A DNA stretch of 61,523 nt, counting the filler. It is 12 parts of 12 records of this genome, joined end to end, with 100 filler letters (N's around TTAATTAATTAA, not from the genome) between each part and the next. Parts side by side here need not be neighbours in the genome. Positions count along the whole stretch, not along the records: positions 43,669 to 48,607 come from SRR7504441_3256; positions 48,708 to 55,192 come from SRR7504441_3257; 10 more parts are not named here. One strand, 5' to 3'. Both the position numbers and the translations under genes were made by a program. This document shows positions 44,091 to 53,552 of this stretch, piece by piece (position 1 is the first letter of the stretch; each line of letters begins with the position of its first letter). Below the pieces are notes generated by a model that saw only the letters and a program-made list of their open reading frames with translations, had not been told where the DNA came from and did not search any database.

Positions 44091-45138
44091 ATGCCCCGGG
44101 AGCGTGGGCCGGAGCGGGAGGAGCTGCAGGGGCACATGGCCTCGCTGTTCGAGCTGCAGAAGGCCAGCTCCTTCTCGCGCACTGCCCTCCAGCGCGAGCA
44201 GATGACCGCGCTCGAGCACCTGATCAACGGCAAGCGGGCGAGCCTCCGGGACGCCGAGGTGCACCGGTCTGGCCTGCGGCGCGGTCCAGCCGGGGGAGCC
44301 GGTGGACAGGCTCAAGGAGGACCTGTTTGTGGCTCAGGAGGAGTTGCTGGAGACGCCCGAGGCCGAGCGGGGTCCGCTGATCAAGGACCTCGGCCTGGCC
44401 GACCGCTGTGCTGATCTGACGGGCAGGAGGTGCGCAGCATACGGAGCCGGCTGCTTCGGGCAAAGGATGGCCGTCGAAAGATGGTGCACCCTTATCAGTG
44501 CGGTGGCCGATAGAGCCGTCCTGTGGCAGGCGACTGGCCCACGGCACCAGAGGCAAACCTGGCCAGCAGGGTCGCGACAGTTGAGCCGGCGCGACACGCT
44601 CGAGCTGCTGAATAGCGTGTCAGAGGAGCGGTTGGACAGCTGGGAGGCGCAGGCACGTCCAAGGCGGGGTTCCATAGACTCGCAGCAATCGCATTATGAC
44701 ACTCCTCGGGCTGAGCTTGCGTCAGAAGCGGAGCGTACAAGCACGACGGCAGAGACTGTGCACCAAGAGATAGCGTTGCTACAGACAGAGCATCAGAGGG
44801 TCCAGGAAGCCCAAAGGCAGCTGAGGTATGAACGTGATGCGCTGCGGCGGCAATTGTATACGCAGAGGGCAGCAATCAAATGCGAGATTGACGAAGCGAT
44901 TGCTCGCGAGGTGGAGGCGGTCGGTGGCGAGGAGGAGGTCGCTAAAGCGCTGGAGGAGCGCTGGGAAGTAGAAGGGCGTGTTAGACAGATGAGGAGCGAG
45001 CTGAAGCGACGAACTCAAGCCGAGTTTCAAGGGCGTGGGATGAAATTCAGAGCAAAGTTAAAGCATACAGGTGCATGGTTCAATAAGACAAGGCTAGCTC
45101 AAGTGCATAATCCCACTAACGTGTGGTTTGCTAACTAA
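44091..45138 (+). CDS. Hypothetical coiled-coil protein, 1-3 introns
   Basis: MPRERGPEREELQ.. splices into ORF 44302-45138; helical E/R-rich sequence; stop TAA at 45138. Confidence 0.6.
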
Positions 45139-45407
45139 ATGATTGATCTAGCCAAGCTTGCAATTCCAGGGAGTACATACCGCACACAATCTAATCGTAG
45201 TCTGCAGCTGCGTATACGAGTACTCCGTACGTCGTCTGCCTAGTCGGTGCTTATTCATCACTGCAGCTGTCGATCCACACATGCAAATGATCTTACACCT
45301 TCCATTCACGCTAGCCCAGCACTGTCTGGAACGATAGCAATGGCGCCTTGGAGTATACAGCGCACTGTGAGCTCCGATGCCCATTCCATCCAAAGGAAAT
45401 CTTGAGC

Positions 45408-46754
45408 TCAAAAGGGGACCCGTGAAAGCAATGGGTTCCTTTGTTGCTCCTTCGACCCATATAGCGGCACCATCTGTGTCGTGGCCCGTGGAGTTGCACT
45501 TGTCCTGTCTCGCTCTGACTTCTTGCCCACTGGATGCACTCGGATCGATCCACGATGCCGAGCAGTTTGAGCCCCACCATGCAGAGGCGCCAAGCACGGT
45601 CTCGGCACCTTGGGCAAGGCCAGTTGTGACAGAGCAACCTTGGTTTGTCTCGGACTTTGTGGGCATGCTTGATTGCCAGCAGACTCATAGTCAGCTTTTG
45701 GCACTGGGGAGCGCCACCACTCAGTTGGTACAAGATCTGCGACCACCGCTGGTGAACGTAGGTCCAAGTTTGCACACTGTTCTCCTCCAAGGGGCCGGCA
45801 GGACAGCTGGCCCCTGACAGGTCGGATTGCGCACCGCTGAGTCCGTGGGCTGCAGACTGCGGGAGCCCGTGGGCTGTGTGGTCCTCTCATGGCGTGTGAG
45901 GCTGAGGCTGCATAACTGGTTGCCAGGGGTGGTGGAAAATTGGGGTCCACGTCATGTGCGGTTGAGGGCACCGCAAACAGTAGCTGCTGCACCTCTTTGA
46001 TTCGTCTATTTGACGGCTCTTTGGGTCTCTGCGCTGTTGCCGACATGGCTGCCATGATCTCCAGATACTCAGTGTATGAGACAGCCTCGATCGAGTGCTC
46101 ACCAAGCCCGGTCTGGCAAGGGTAAGCTTGAGAGACCCGCAGCTGGCCTTTCCGATTGTGCATCCGGCCTTTCCTATGCTGTTTGAGCAGCTCCAGGAAC
46201 TGACGCATGGCCTGGTCGAGCTTGCTGCCGCGCAGTTTGTGCAGAAAAAACAGAATGTTCATCACCTCCTCCTCGTCGATCGCCCCGCTCCCGTCCAGGT
46301 CGAACATCATAAACTCCACCAGATTGTACAGCATCCTCGGCTCTGTCCGCTTACGGTCCTTTTTTATCCGATCTCGCATCGTCCTAAACTCGCTCCATGA
46401 CACCTGTCCGCTCTGGTCCGTGTCGATCTCCCAGATGCTGTCGGCCAGTTCCTGTCGGACAGGTTTGTGCCCCAGGACCCTGAACGACTCAGCCAGGTCG
46501 CTCGTGTCGATCCGGCCGTCCCCGTCACGGTCCAACGTGCGAAACACCGCTTCCAGTCGCTGCTCCATAAAGTGCCGGTTCTGCCCCCTCCGGGTCAGCC
46601 GGGCCTGCCCAGAGCCGCACAAAGCTCTCGAGAGCGCCCTTGCCGCACAGCATGCTTGGAGCAGTGTGGTGCGCGTGACCCGTTTTTGCTCACACTCCAA
46701 ACCGCTCAACCCTTCACAGCTGTCCGGTGACCCTACGAGGAATGGCAATGCCAT
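45408..46754 (-). CDS. EF-hand (calmodulin-like) protein with disordered C-terminal tail
   Basis: EF loops DRDGDGRIDTSD, DTDQSGQVSWSE and DLDGSGAIDEEE; EPRMLYNLVEFMMFD. Confidence 0.8.
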   Translation of the reverse strand: MALPFLVGSPDSCEGLSGLECEQKRVTRTTLLQACCAARALSRALCGSGQARLTRRGQNRHFMEQRLEAVFRTLDRDGDGRIDTSDLAESFRVLGHKPVRQELADSIWEIDTDQSGQVSWSEFRTMRDRIKKDRKRTEPRMLYNLVEFMMFDLDGSGAIDEEEVMNILFFLHKLRGSKLDQAMRQFLELLKQHRKGRMHNRKGQLRVSQAYPCQTGLGEHSIEAVSYTEYLEIMAAMSATAQRPKEPSNRRIKEVQQLLFAVPSTAHDVDPNFPPPLATSYAASASHAMRGPHSPRAPAVCSPRTQRCAIRPVRGQLSCRPLGGEQCANLDLRSPAVVADLVPTEWWRSPVPKADYESAGNQACPQSPRQTKVALSQLALPKVPRPCLAPLHGGAQTARHRGSIRVHPVGKKSERDRTSATPRATTQMVPLYGSKEQQRNPLLSRVPF

Positions 46755-47011
46755 TCAAGACAACGAGAGTTGTAGAGTGTGGCGCACTGGAATTTATTCA
46801 AGTCAACAACGCACTGGACGTGCCGAGGAAACACAGCACTTAGACAGTGCTAGAGAGAGAGCCCCCTAAGAAGACGACAAGTAGGGCTCCAGAGTCGGCC
46901 AGCCCGGCGCGCACCAAATAAATTTAGTACGAGCAGCAGCTTAATGACAACACCTCGAGGTGCTATAGCTGATGATTACAAACGCTACTTACATCACCAC
47001 GTGCATTCGGC

Positions 47012-48607
47012 TCACTCCCAGCACCGCAGCTGCTCGCTCGCAAAGTAGGTGTCTGCAGCACTCGCCGTGTAGCCTGGGGCGCCAAACGAGGGTGCTGGGA
47101 AGAATGGTCCCACCCACTCCCAAATCCCATGGCTCCTGAACGACGCAATTGTAGCGTTGAGCAGCCGACAGGCCATCGGTTTGGAGTGGCTGCCCAGCCA
47201 GGGCAGCACGTGGTGATGCGGCGTGGCCCAGTAGCCGCCGTTTTGGTAAGTGCGCTGCGACGCCACGGGATCGGATGGGTTCAGCGGGTCGAGCCCTCGA
47301 CCGCTCGAGCGCTCGGTCCACTGAGTCGGGAACGGGATCTCTCTCACTTGGCCCTCGAAGAAGATCTGCTCCTCGTGGCTGCGGAAGTACTCAAACATAC
47401 GAGCGTCTTGCTCAGCGGTCGCAAATCCAATGGCGCCTGCCATCGCATTCGCCCAAATGTCAATGTTAAGCCTCTCCAGGCCAGTGGAGGCCAGGAACAC
47501 GCCCAGCTCCTCATTCCACAGCAGCCTGCTGGCGGCCGCCCTCACTCTCTCGGCCTCCGCGAGCATGCTCTGCGCCAGCGCGGCATCTCCAGTGGCGTTA
47601 GCCATCTCCGCCATCAGCCTGGTTGCATTCCAGTACAGCACGGAGGAGTAGAGTACGACCCCAGACTTGACTTCTGCATCCTGGAACCCGTAACCGACCA
47701 TCGGGGACGACACATTCGACCAGAGCAGGCCACTGCCGGACGGATCCTTGGTGGTGGCCGCCAGTGTCTTAAGCATCCCGGCCTTGTACCTGGAAAACAG
47801 CGCGGCACCCTCAGCTCCACTGAGTGCCTTGTATCCTACGTGCAGCGATTTGACAGCGAACGAGCACGTGTCGAGATCCAGATCGGGTGTACCGCCCTGG
47901 CCGTAGTCGCACCCCTTTCGGAGAGTGCACGCCTGCGGGTAGATCCCCTCTGGGTTCGACCGTTGGAACATCCATTCATAGCTCGCCACAAACTGGCGCG
48001 CCATCGAGCTGTTGACCAGCGAGATACGGCCATCCAGCGACGCGATCAGCTGGCTGCCGTAAAACCCGTCCCGCATCCAGTAGCCATAGTAGTGCGGCGG
48101 CGAGCCCGGCGCCACCGGGATCCCTGGAGTCAGGTGCCGGGAACCATCCGGGAAGCTGACGATGGCGCTACGCAGAACCCAGGCTGTGGCCAGGCGCAGA
48201 TATTCGTGCGGTGCAAAGTCCACCGGGTGCTCACGCCCGTCCGGGTACCCCCGCACGTACAGCCCGCCGTCGTTCATATCGATCAGCCCGCAGCGCGCAG
48301 TCAGCCAGCCGAGCTTGCTAATCGCCCGGCCGCTGTCCAACTCGAACCGCATGCTCAACTGCTGCGGGCCGGTGCCGGGGGCGCTCAGGTTGGCTGTGGC
48401 CCCGTGCCAGCTGTCCGTCGCGCACGCGGCAGGGGAGCTGAAATCGAGCTGGACGCCGGTGGATCTGAACTGGTAGATGCACCGGTGCTGGTTGTCCCAG
48501 GCCCCGCCTCGGAAGGCGGCCGGCCCGATGTAGGTCCACGGCCCCGTCAGCTCGGCCAGGCTGCAGCTCGGATCTGTCGGCATGGCGGCCGCGACCCCGA
48601 GAATGAT
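47012..48607 (-). CDS. Secreted six-hairpin (alpha/alpha)6 glycoside hydrolase-like protein, intronless, start just off contig
   Basis: Frame opens at the contig edge with signal-peptide remnant IILGVAAA. Motifs YYGYWMRD, GYGFQD, DIWANA, YQNGGYWATP, WEW and YTASA are typical of bacterial-type six-hairpin glycosidases. Confidence 0.72.
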   Translation of the reverse strand: MILGVAAAMPTDPSCSLAELTGPWTYIGPAAFRGGAWDNQHRCIYQFRSTGVQLDFSSPAACATDSWHGATANLSAPGTGPQQLSMRFELDSGRAISKLGWLTARCGLIDMNDGGLYVRGYPDGREHPVDFAPHEYLRLATAWVLRSAIVSFPDGSRHLTPGIPVAPGSPPHYYGYWMRDGFYGSQLIASLDGRISLVNSSMARQFVASYEWMFQRSNPEGIYPQACTLRKGCDYGQGGTPDLDLDTCSFAVKSLHVGYKALSGAEGAALFSRYKAGMLKTLAATTKDPSGSGLLWSNVSSPMVGYGFQDAEVKSGVVLYSSVLYWNATRLMAEMANATGDAALAQSMLAEAERVRAAASRLLWNEELGVFLASTGLERLNIDIWANAMAGAIGFATAEQDARMFEYFRSHEEQIFFEGQVREIPFPTQWTERSSGRGLDPLNPSDPVASQRTYQNGGYWATPHHHVLPWLGSHSKPMACRLLNATIASFRSHGIWEWVGPFFPAPSFGAPGYTASAADTYFASEQLRCWE

Positions 48608-48707
48608 NNNNNNNNNNNNNNNNNNNNNNNNNNNNNNNNNNNNNNNNNNNNTTAATTAATTAANNNNNNNNNNNNNNNNNNNNNNNNNNNNNNNNNNNNN
48701 NNNNNNN
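48608..48707. other. Artificial contig spacer
   Basis: N44-TTAATTAATTAA-N44. Confidence 0.98.
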
Positions 48708-51044
48708 CTGCTCCGCCCAGAAGAGCCGGACGATGACGCGATAGTCAACAGGATCCTGAATCATCCCTTCTACGAGACGCGGGTGATCTGGGTCCGGGGT
48801 TCGGTGTTCATCCCAAAGTGCATGGAGTGGGTGCGTGGGCTGCTGGAAGATCGCGACGGCAACCCGACCAAGCAGATGGCTGAGGCGTTTGTAGTGCTCT
48901 CGGATACTCACGCTGCAGACAAGGACAAAGAGGATAGGGCTGCTATTCAGCGAGCTGTGGCCATTAGGCGCCAAAACCCCAAGGTGCAACTGGTGGTGCA
49001 GATTCTGCTGCAGAAGAACAAGCATCGGCTGTATGGTGAGTATGTTGACATCTTATGCGTTGAAGAGATCAAGTTTGGGCTGCTGGGACGGGCTTGCCAA
49101 GTGCCTGGGCTAACCACGCTTGTATCTACTATCTTTAGATGTCGCGAGTATATTGAATTCGACGGCCAGACCCTTGCCTCGGGCCACGAGGAGTCGGACG
49201 ACAGCTGGCAGCGAAGGCGGACAGTCGAGCTACAAGATTCCAACCAGTCGCTCAGCTGGAAGGACGAGTGGTTGCTTAGCTCAATGAGAGACTGCGCTCA
49301 AATCTATGTCCCTAGGGAGTTGGTTGGCGTCAGGTTTGAGGATCTCTCGAAGGCGGCGTTCAAACTTACCGGACACATATGCTTTGGGGTCGAGCTTCCT
49401 GCTGATGAGAATTTCACTGAGCCGCGAGTGATTTTGAATCCATACGGGTTTAAGCTGGGGAAGGCTGACTCGCTCTTATTCTTTCTAAACGGTAGGAGTG
49501 CCACTATCGAGCTGCAGAACGAGCTTGGTGCGTTGCTGGCGCCATTTGTCAATTCAGCTGCGAACCGAGCTGGGCAGGACAACAGGGACGGCTGTGGCTG
49601 TGTATCTTTTATTGACGTTGTGACAAGCCGCCAGTCGCAGCTGCTAGCGGATATTGAGGAGAAGCCCGAGTTGACAGAGCAGCAAATTCCTGCTCTAGTC
49701 AAGAGCGCGAGACCTTCGTTCTGGCAAGAGGGGGACCTATATAACTTGGACAAAATCCTGAGTTGGGGCAAAGAGCACATAAAGGACACTGTGCCAGATC
49801 ACGTGAAAGATCACATCATCTACTGTGGCCCTCTCAGATCGGCAGCCTATTTCCTCTTACCCTTAACACGCGAAGCTGTCAACATTAAGGGGCAGGGCTG
49901 CAAGTGGGTGGTAGTGATTGACACAGATTGTGATGCAGACTTGTACAGCCGCGAGAAGGTAGCTGCTTGGGAGACACTCACATTTTACGATAATCTCATC
50001 ATCATTCAAGGCGACGTCTCAGAAAGTGGTCTCACTCTCCCGTGGTGCCGACCAAGCACATTCCACCGAGCGGCAGTGCTGCGAGCTGAGACATTTGTGA
50101 TGGCCAACACAAGTATCAGAACAATGCACGCCGACAGCCTTCTTGGTGACGACTTCGTGGTCCAGATCCTACGCAACCTGAGAGAACATAAAATCCACTC
50201 AATGCGCAGGATGGATGTGATTGGGTACAAACCGACGTTCTTGGTGGAGTTGCTCCACAGGCATCATATTGAGTACATTCGGCGGCCTCTGCCCCGTCCA
50301 ATGGCCTACGCCGCTGGGATGGTATTTGTTGGGCATTTCCTTGACAGCTTTCCGTCCAAGATGTTCTACTCGAGCGCCAATCTAAAGACCCTACAGCATA
50401 TGATCTCGACCTGGGATAATCGGCCTTTCGTGAATGTAAGGGACAGGAATATGGCTACACGTAACATCGAGTCGTGCCACGTCATCCAGGCCAAGATCCC
50501 TCCACAGTTCCACGGCCAGAAATTCGGCGAGTTCTTCGAGTTTTGTTCCAGCCGCTCCGCGATATGCATCGGGCTATATCGGCACCACGACGATTGGGAC
50601 GAAGAGGCGCACCAGCGCGCACAGTTGGTGAAGATGACAAACTCGCTCAAAACCTTTGACTCGCCAAGAGGTGGAACGGTGGGTCTTGAGGCGTTCACTC
50701 GAACCAAAAGCATGAGTCCATCTCCTGAGTCGGAGAACCGGGGAGTGGATGAGTCCGAACATGAATTAATGCGCAAGCTAAATTACGTCTATGTCAACCC
50801 ACGTTACTCCGATATAGTTGGCGGAAAGGATAAGTGCTATCTGTTGGTCAACACTTGCTGGTACTTGAATAATCAGCAGTGGGCCACCTGTAACGAGATG
50901 TGTGAGCGTGGGTCGGAGGATGTGGGTGTGGCTCCAGAGCGAGAGGCGGAGCCGGTGGTGGAGCCTTCAGAGCCCGCAGCAGGAGAGGAAAGCCTCAGCG
51001 GCGTTGAGTTGCATGACCTCTCGAGCCATGATGTTGCTACATAG
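48708..51044 (+). CDS. BK/Slo-type potassium channel, cytosolic RCK domains, 5'-partial
   Basis: AEAFVVLSD..ED...RAVAI..VVQIL, LCVEEIKFGLLGRACQVPGLTTLV, VILNP, DHIIYCG, YAAGMVF, CIGLYR and YVYVNP match Slo-family RCK1/RCK2. Confidence 0.85.
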   Translation: MLRPEEPDDDAIVNRILNHPFYETRVIWVRGSVFIPKCMEWVRGLLEDRDGNPTKQMAEAFVVLSDTHAADKDKEDRAAIQRAVAIRRQNPKVQLVVQILLQKNKHRLYGEYVDILCVEEIKFGLLGRACQVPGLTTLVSTIFRCREYIEFDGQTLASGHEESDDSWQRRRTVELQDSNQSLSWKDEWLLSSMRDCAQIYVPRELVGVRFEDLSKAAFKLTGHICFGVELPADENFTEPRVILNPYGFKLGKADSLLFFLNGRSATIELQNELGALLAPFVNSAANRAGQDNRDGCGCVSFIDVVTSRQSQLLADIEEKPELTEQQIPALVKSARPSFWQEGDLYNLDKILSWGKEHIKDTVPDHVKDHIIYCGPLRSAAYFLLPLTREAVNIKGQGCKWVVVIDTDCDADLYSREKVAAWETLTFYDNLIIIQGDVSESGLTLPWCRPSTFHRAAVLRAETFVMANTSIRTMHADSLLGDDFVVQILRNLREHKIHSMRRMDVIGYKPTFLVELLHRHHIEYIRRPLPRPMAYAAGMVFVGHFLDSFPSKMFYSSANLKTLQHMISTWDNRPFVNVRDRNMATRNIESCHVIQAKIPPQFHGQKFGEFFEFCSSRSAICIGLYRHHDDWDEEAHQRAQLVKMTNSLKTFDSPRGGTVGLEAFTRTKSMSPSPESENRGVDESEHELMRKLNYVYVNPRYSDIVGGKDKCYLLVNTCWYLNNQQWATCNEMCERGSEDVGVAPEREAEPVVEPSEPAAGEESLSGVELHDLSSHDVAT

Positions 51045-51338
51045 ACTACCATGATCCTACGAGTAGATAGCTAGACTAAGCATACGTAAGCATACGAAGT
51101 ATTAAGTACATGATTGTAAAACACCACGTGTTTGACATTAATTTGACTTAAGTTTGACACGTCTTTATGTAGACCCTACAATGCACTTTATTAGTACATG
51201 TACCGGTACATGATTGTAGCCTCTTGGCCGCACAGGCCACTATACATGTAATCCTCAGCTTCAGCGGGGTGATCTGGATGATTCCTAACCGACTTGCTCA
51301 CGGGACTTGCTCATCACACGTCGCACAGGCGTCCAGCC

Positions 51339-53376
51339 ATGGGCGGGTGCTCGGCCAAGGGCAAGAGCGAGGAGCCACAGTCGCCGCAACCCGTCGTCGA
51401 CCAGCGCAACCCGCGTTCCCAGTACGCCCTGGCAGGACAGCAGCACGTGTTCAGGTACGCCGACGAGGGCCGGCTGCAGCCCGGGTCTCCGGAGTACGCC
51501 CAGCTGTTCGCCCAGCTGGAGGCCATCGACCCCGGGTTTGTCACTGAGTGCTACAAGGCCTCCACCGATCCGCCCGCAGAGCCGGTGCCCGGTCCGTTGG
51601 CCGGAGTGCCCCGGCTGCCCGACTCTGACACGGACCCTTCCGAGGCGTCCGAAGCGATGCGCAACTGCTACCACACGTACCACGCGATGCAGCGGGGCGA
51701 GCTGGGGCTGGTGGTGCTGGCCACTGCCCGGGGGCTCGGGGAGCAGGACCTCGGCCTGATCTCGGGAAAGACGTTGTGGCAGCTGCTCTTCGATAGGCTG
51801 CACCGTGTGCGCCGGATGGCGGCAGCGGCGGTGTCCTCGAACTCGAGCAGGGTGCGGGCAGACCAGATAGTGATCCCAGTGTATGTGCTCACGAGCGAAG
51901 CGTCCGACCAGCCCATACGCCAGTACTTTGAAGCCAAAAAGTTCTTTGGGGTGGGCAAGGCGAGCGTGTGCTTTGTGAGAGAGCGACTGCTGCCGTGCAT
52001 GGATGTAGACGGCAGCTTCGTCCTCCGGGTGCCTGCTCAGCCGGCCAGCCGGGGAGCTCGGGCAGTCGGCATCGGAGCTGCACATGGCGCCCCCGGGCGA
52101 GGGCGGAGTGTTTAGCGCACTCCACGCTGCGGGGGCGTTCGAAGACATGGCTGCGCGGGGGCTGCACGCAGTGCACGTGCGCAGCCCTACTTAGTATCAG
52201 CGCAGTGATCCTGTGGCAGTTATTTAGCCTCTCCGATCTATTTGCGAGGCCTCTGGACCCTAATTTTGTCGGAGTCTGTGTAGAACGAAGGTGCCTGTGT
52301 GGCGTGGCCGCCCCTGAGATGTGCTACAGGGCCCGGGTGGGGGCGGTGGTGGTCGAGCGGAAGGACCCCGAGGTGGGCAATCCGCGGCTTAGAGTCACTG
52401 ACCGGAGTAGGTGTGTGCGCTGGCGATGAAAGCGGATGAGCGGTGTACGGAGATCCTAAGCCCAGAGTTGCTCGCAGCCCGTGATGACCAGGGTCGGCTC
52501 CGTTTCGGGCTTGCGGCAACCGGCGCATATTTCTTCTCGGTAGATTTCCTTCTGCAGCAGTGCGTTCGTCAAGCAATGCCCAAAGTGCCCGGCTTGCCTA
52601 CTGCCTCCTCTGACTAGTGACTGCTGCAGAGACATCACCTGTGCCCCTGCGAGTTATCAATAGTTGACCCCGACACCGGTGCTGCCCTGAGCGCTTCCTG
52701 GCTGGCAATCGGCGGTCCAGGGCTGCCGATCTCACAGATTCGGCCCCAGTTTGGAGTATCAACCCCTCGTAGCGTCTCAGCGTTTAGGTGGGCGGCGCTG
52801 CTGCCTGCCGGTGTGAGCAGAGGCAGGCTCGAGCGCCGGTTAGCTGACGCACTTGGGATGGCCGAACCAAGCCAGCTCTGCCTGGTCCAGGCGGGCGCGG
52901 GCTCAACCAATAGGCTGCAGCTCGGGGCTGGCAACGGTCACTAGCTGGCACCACGCGCGATCAGCTAGGTTGTGGCAGATTGGTGTGCAGCGGCCAGGGA
53001 GGCGATCACACAGCAAGCTGTTGCCTGGATCAAACAGGCCGGGGGTGAATGCATCGGGGAGGGTACGTGTGAGGTATCGCCTCGGGTGTCGTTCGGGTAG
53101 CTTAGCAATGGCTCGGGGCCCGGCCATGCTGTGGGCAGCGGGGAGGGTCTAGACGTGGTCAAAGGCCGGAGCTTTCGGCTTCCTGTATATGTGGCAACTC
53201 CGGAGGAGACCTGCACAGTGGAGGATTGTGAGACGGTCCGCAACCCGGGCTGATCGACATGTAAGGGGCATGCGCAGGTGGTTGTGGAGATGGATCCCAC
53301 GACAGGCGAGCAACAAGAGGCCAAAATATTGACGCCCCACCAAGAAGGAGGGCTCAAGCGGTTTTGTGGGTGCTAA
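51339..53376 (+). CDS. UDP-N-acetylglucosamine pyrophosphorylase (UAP1)-like protein, catalytically degenerate, ~10 introns
   Basis: Spliced: AGQQHVFRY, GLISGKTLWQL, IPVYVLTSE, YFEAKKFFGV, MAPPGEGGVFSAL, RPLDPNFVG, WIKQAGG and CEVSPRVSFG|GEGL; stop TAA at 53374-53376. Confidence 0.78.
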
Positions 53377-53552
53377 ACTCAATTGTCCCTCAAGATTAAA
53401 GAGTTGACTATTTAATCCTGATCTAGTATAGGGCACCATCACTAGAATGACGCTTGCACTAGCGTGCACGTCAACGTTTAATGCATCTCATGTACCTCTC
53501 ATGATCAACTACGAAATCTTACGTAAGCTTACATGTACTCGGCCGAGTGTGC

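Noticed and set aside
47129-48655. 508-aa plus-strand ORF, and similar long antisense ORFs (246-1034, 29355-30356, 60296-61408)
   Set aside because: Shadow or alternate-frame ORFs of GC3-rich real genes, with no recognisable motifs.
52760-53376. A separate gene or chimera downstream of a truncated UAP1
   Set aside because: Splicing shows this is the UAP1-like C-terminus (CEVSP.VS..GEGL).
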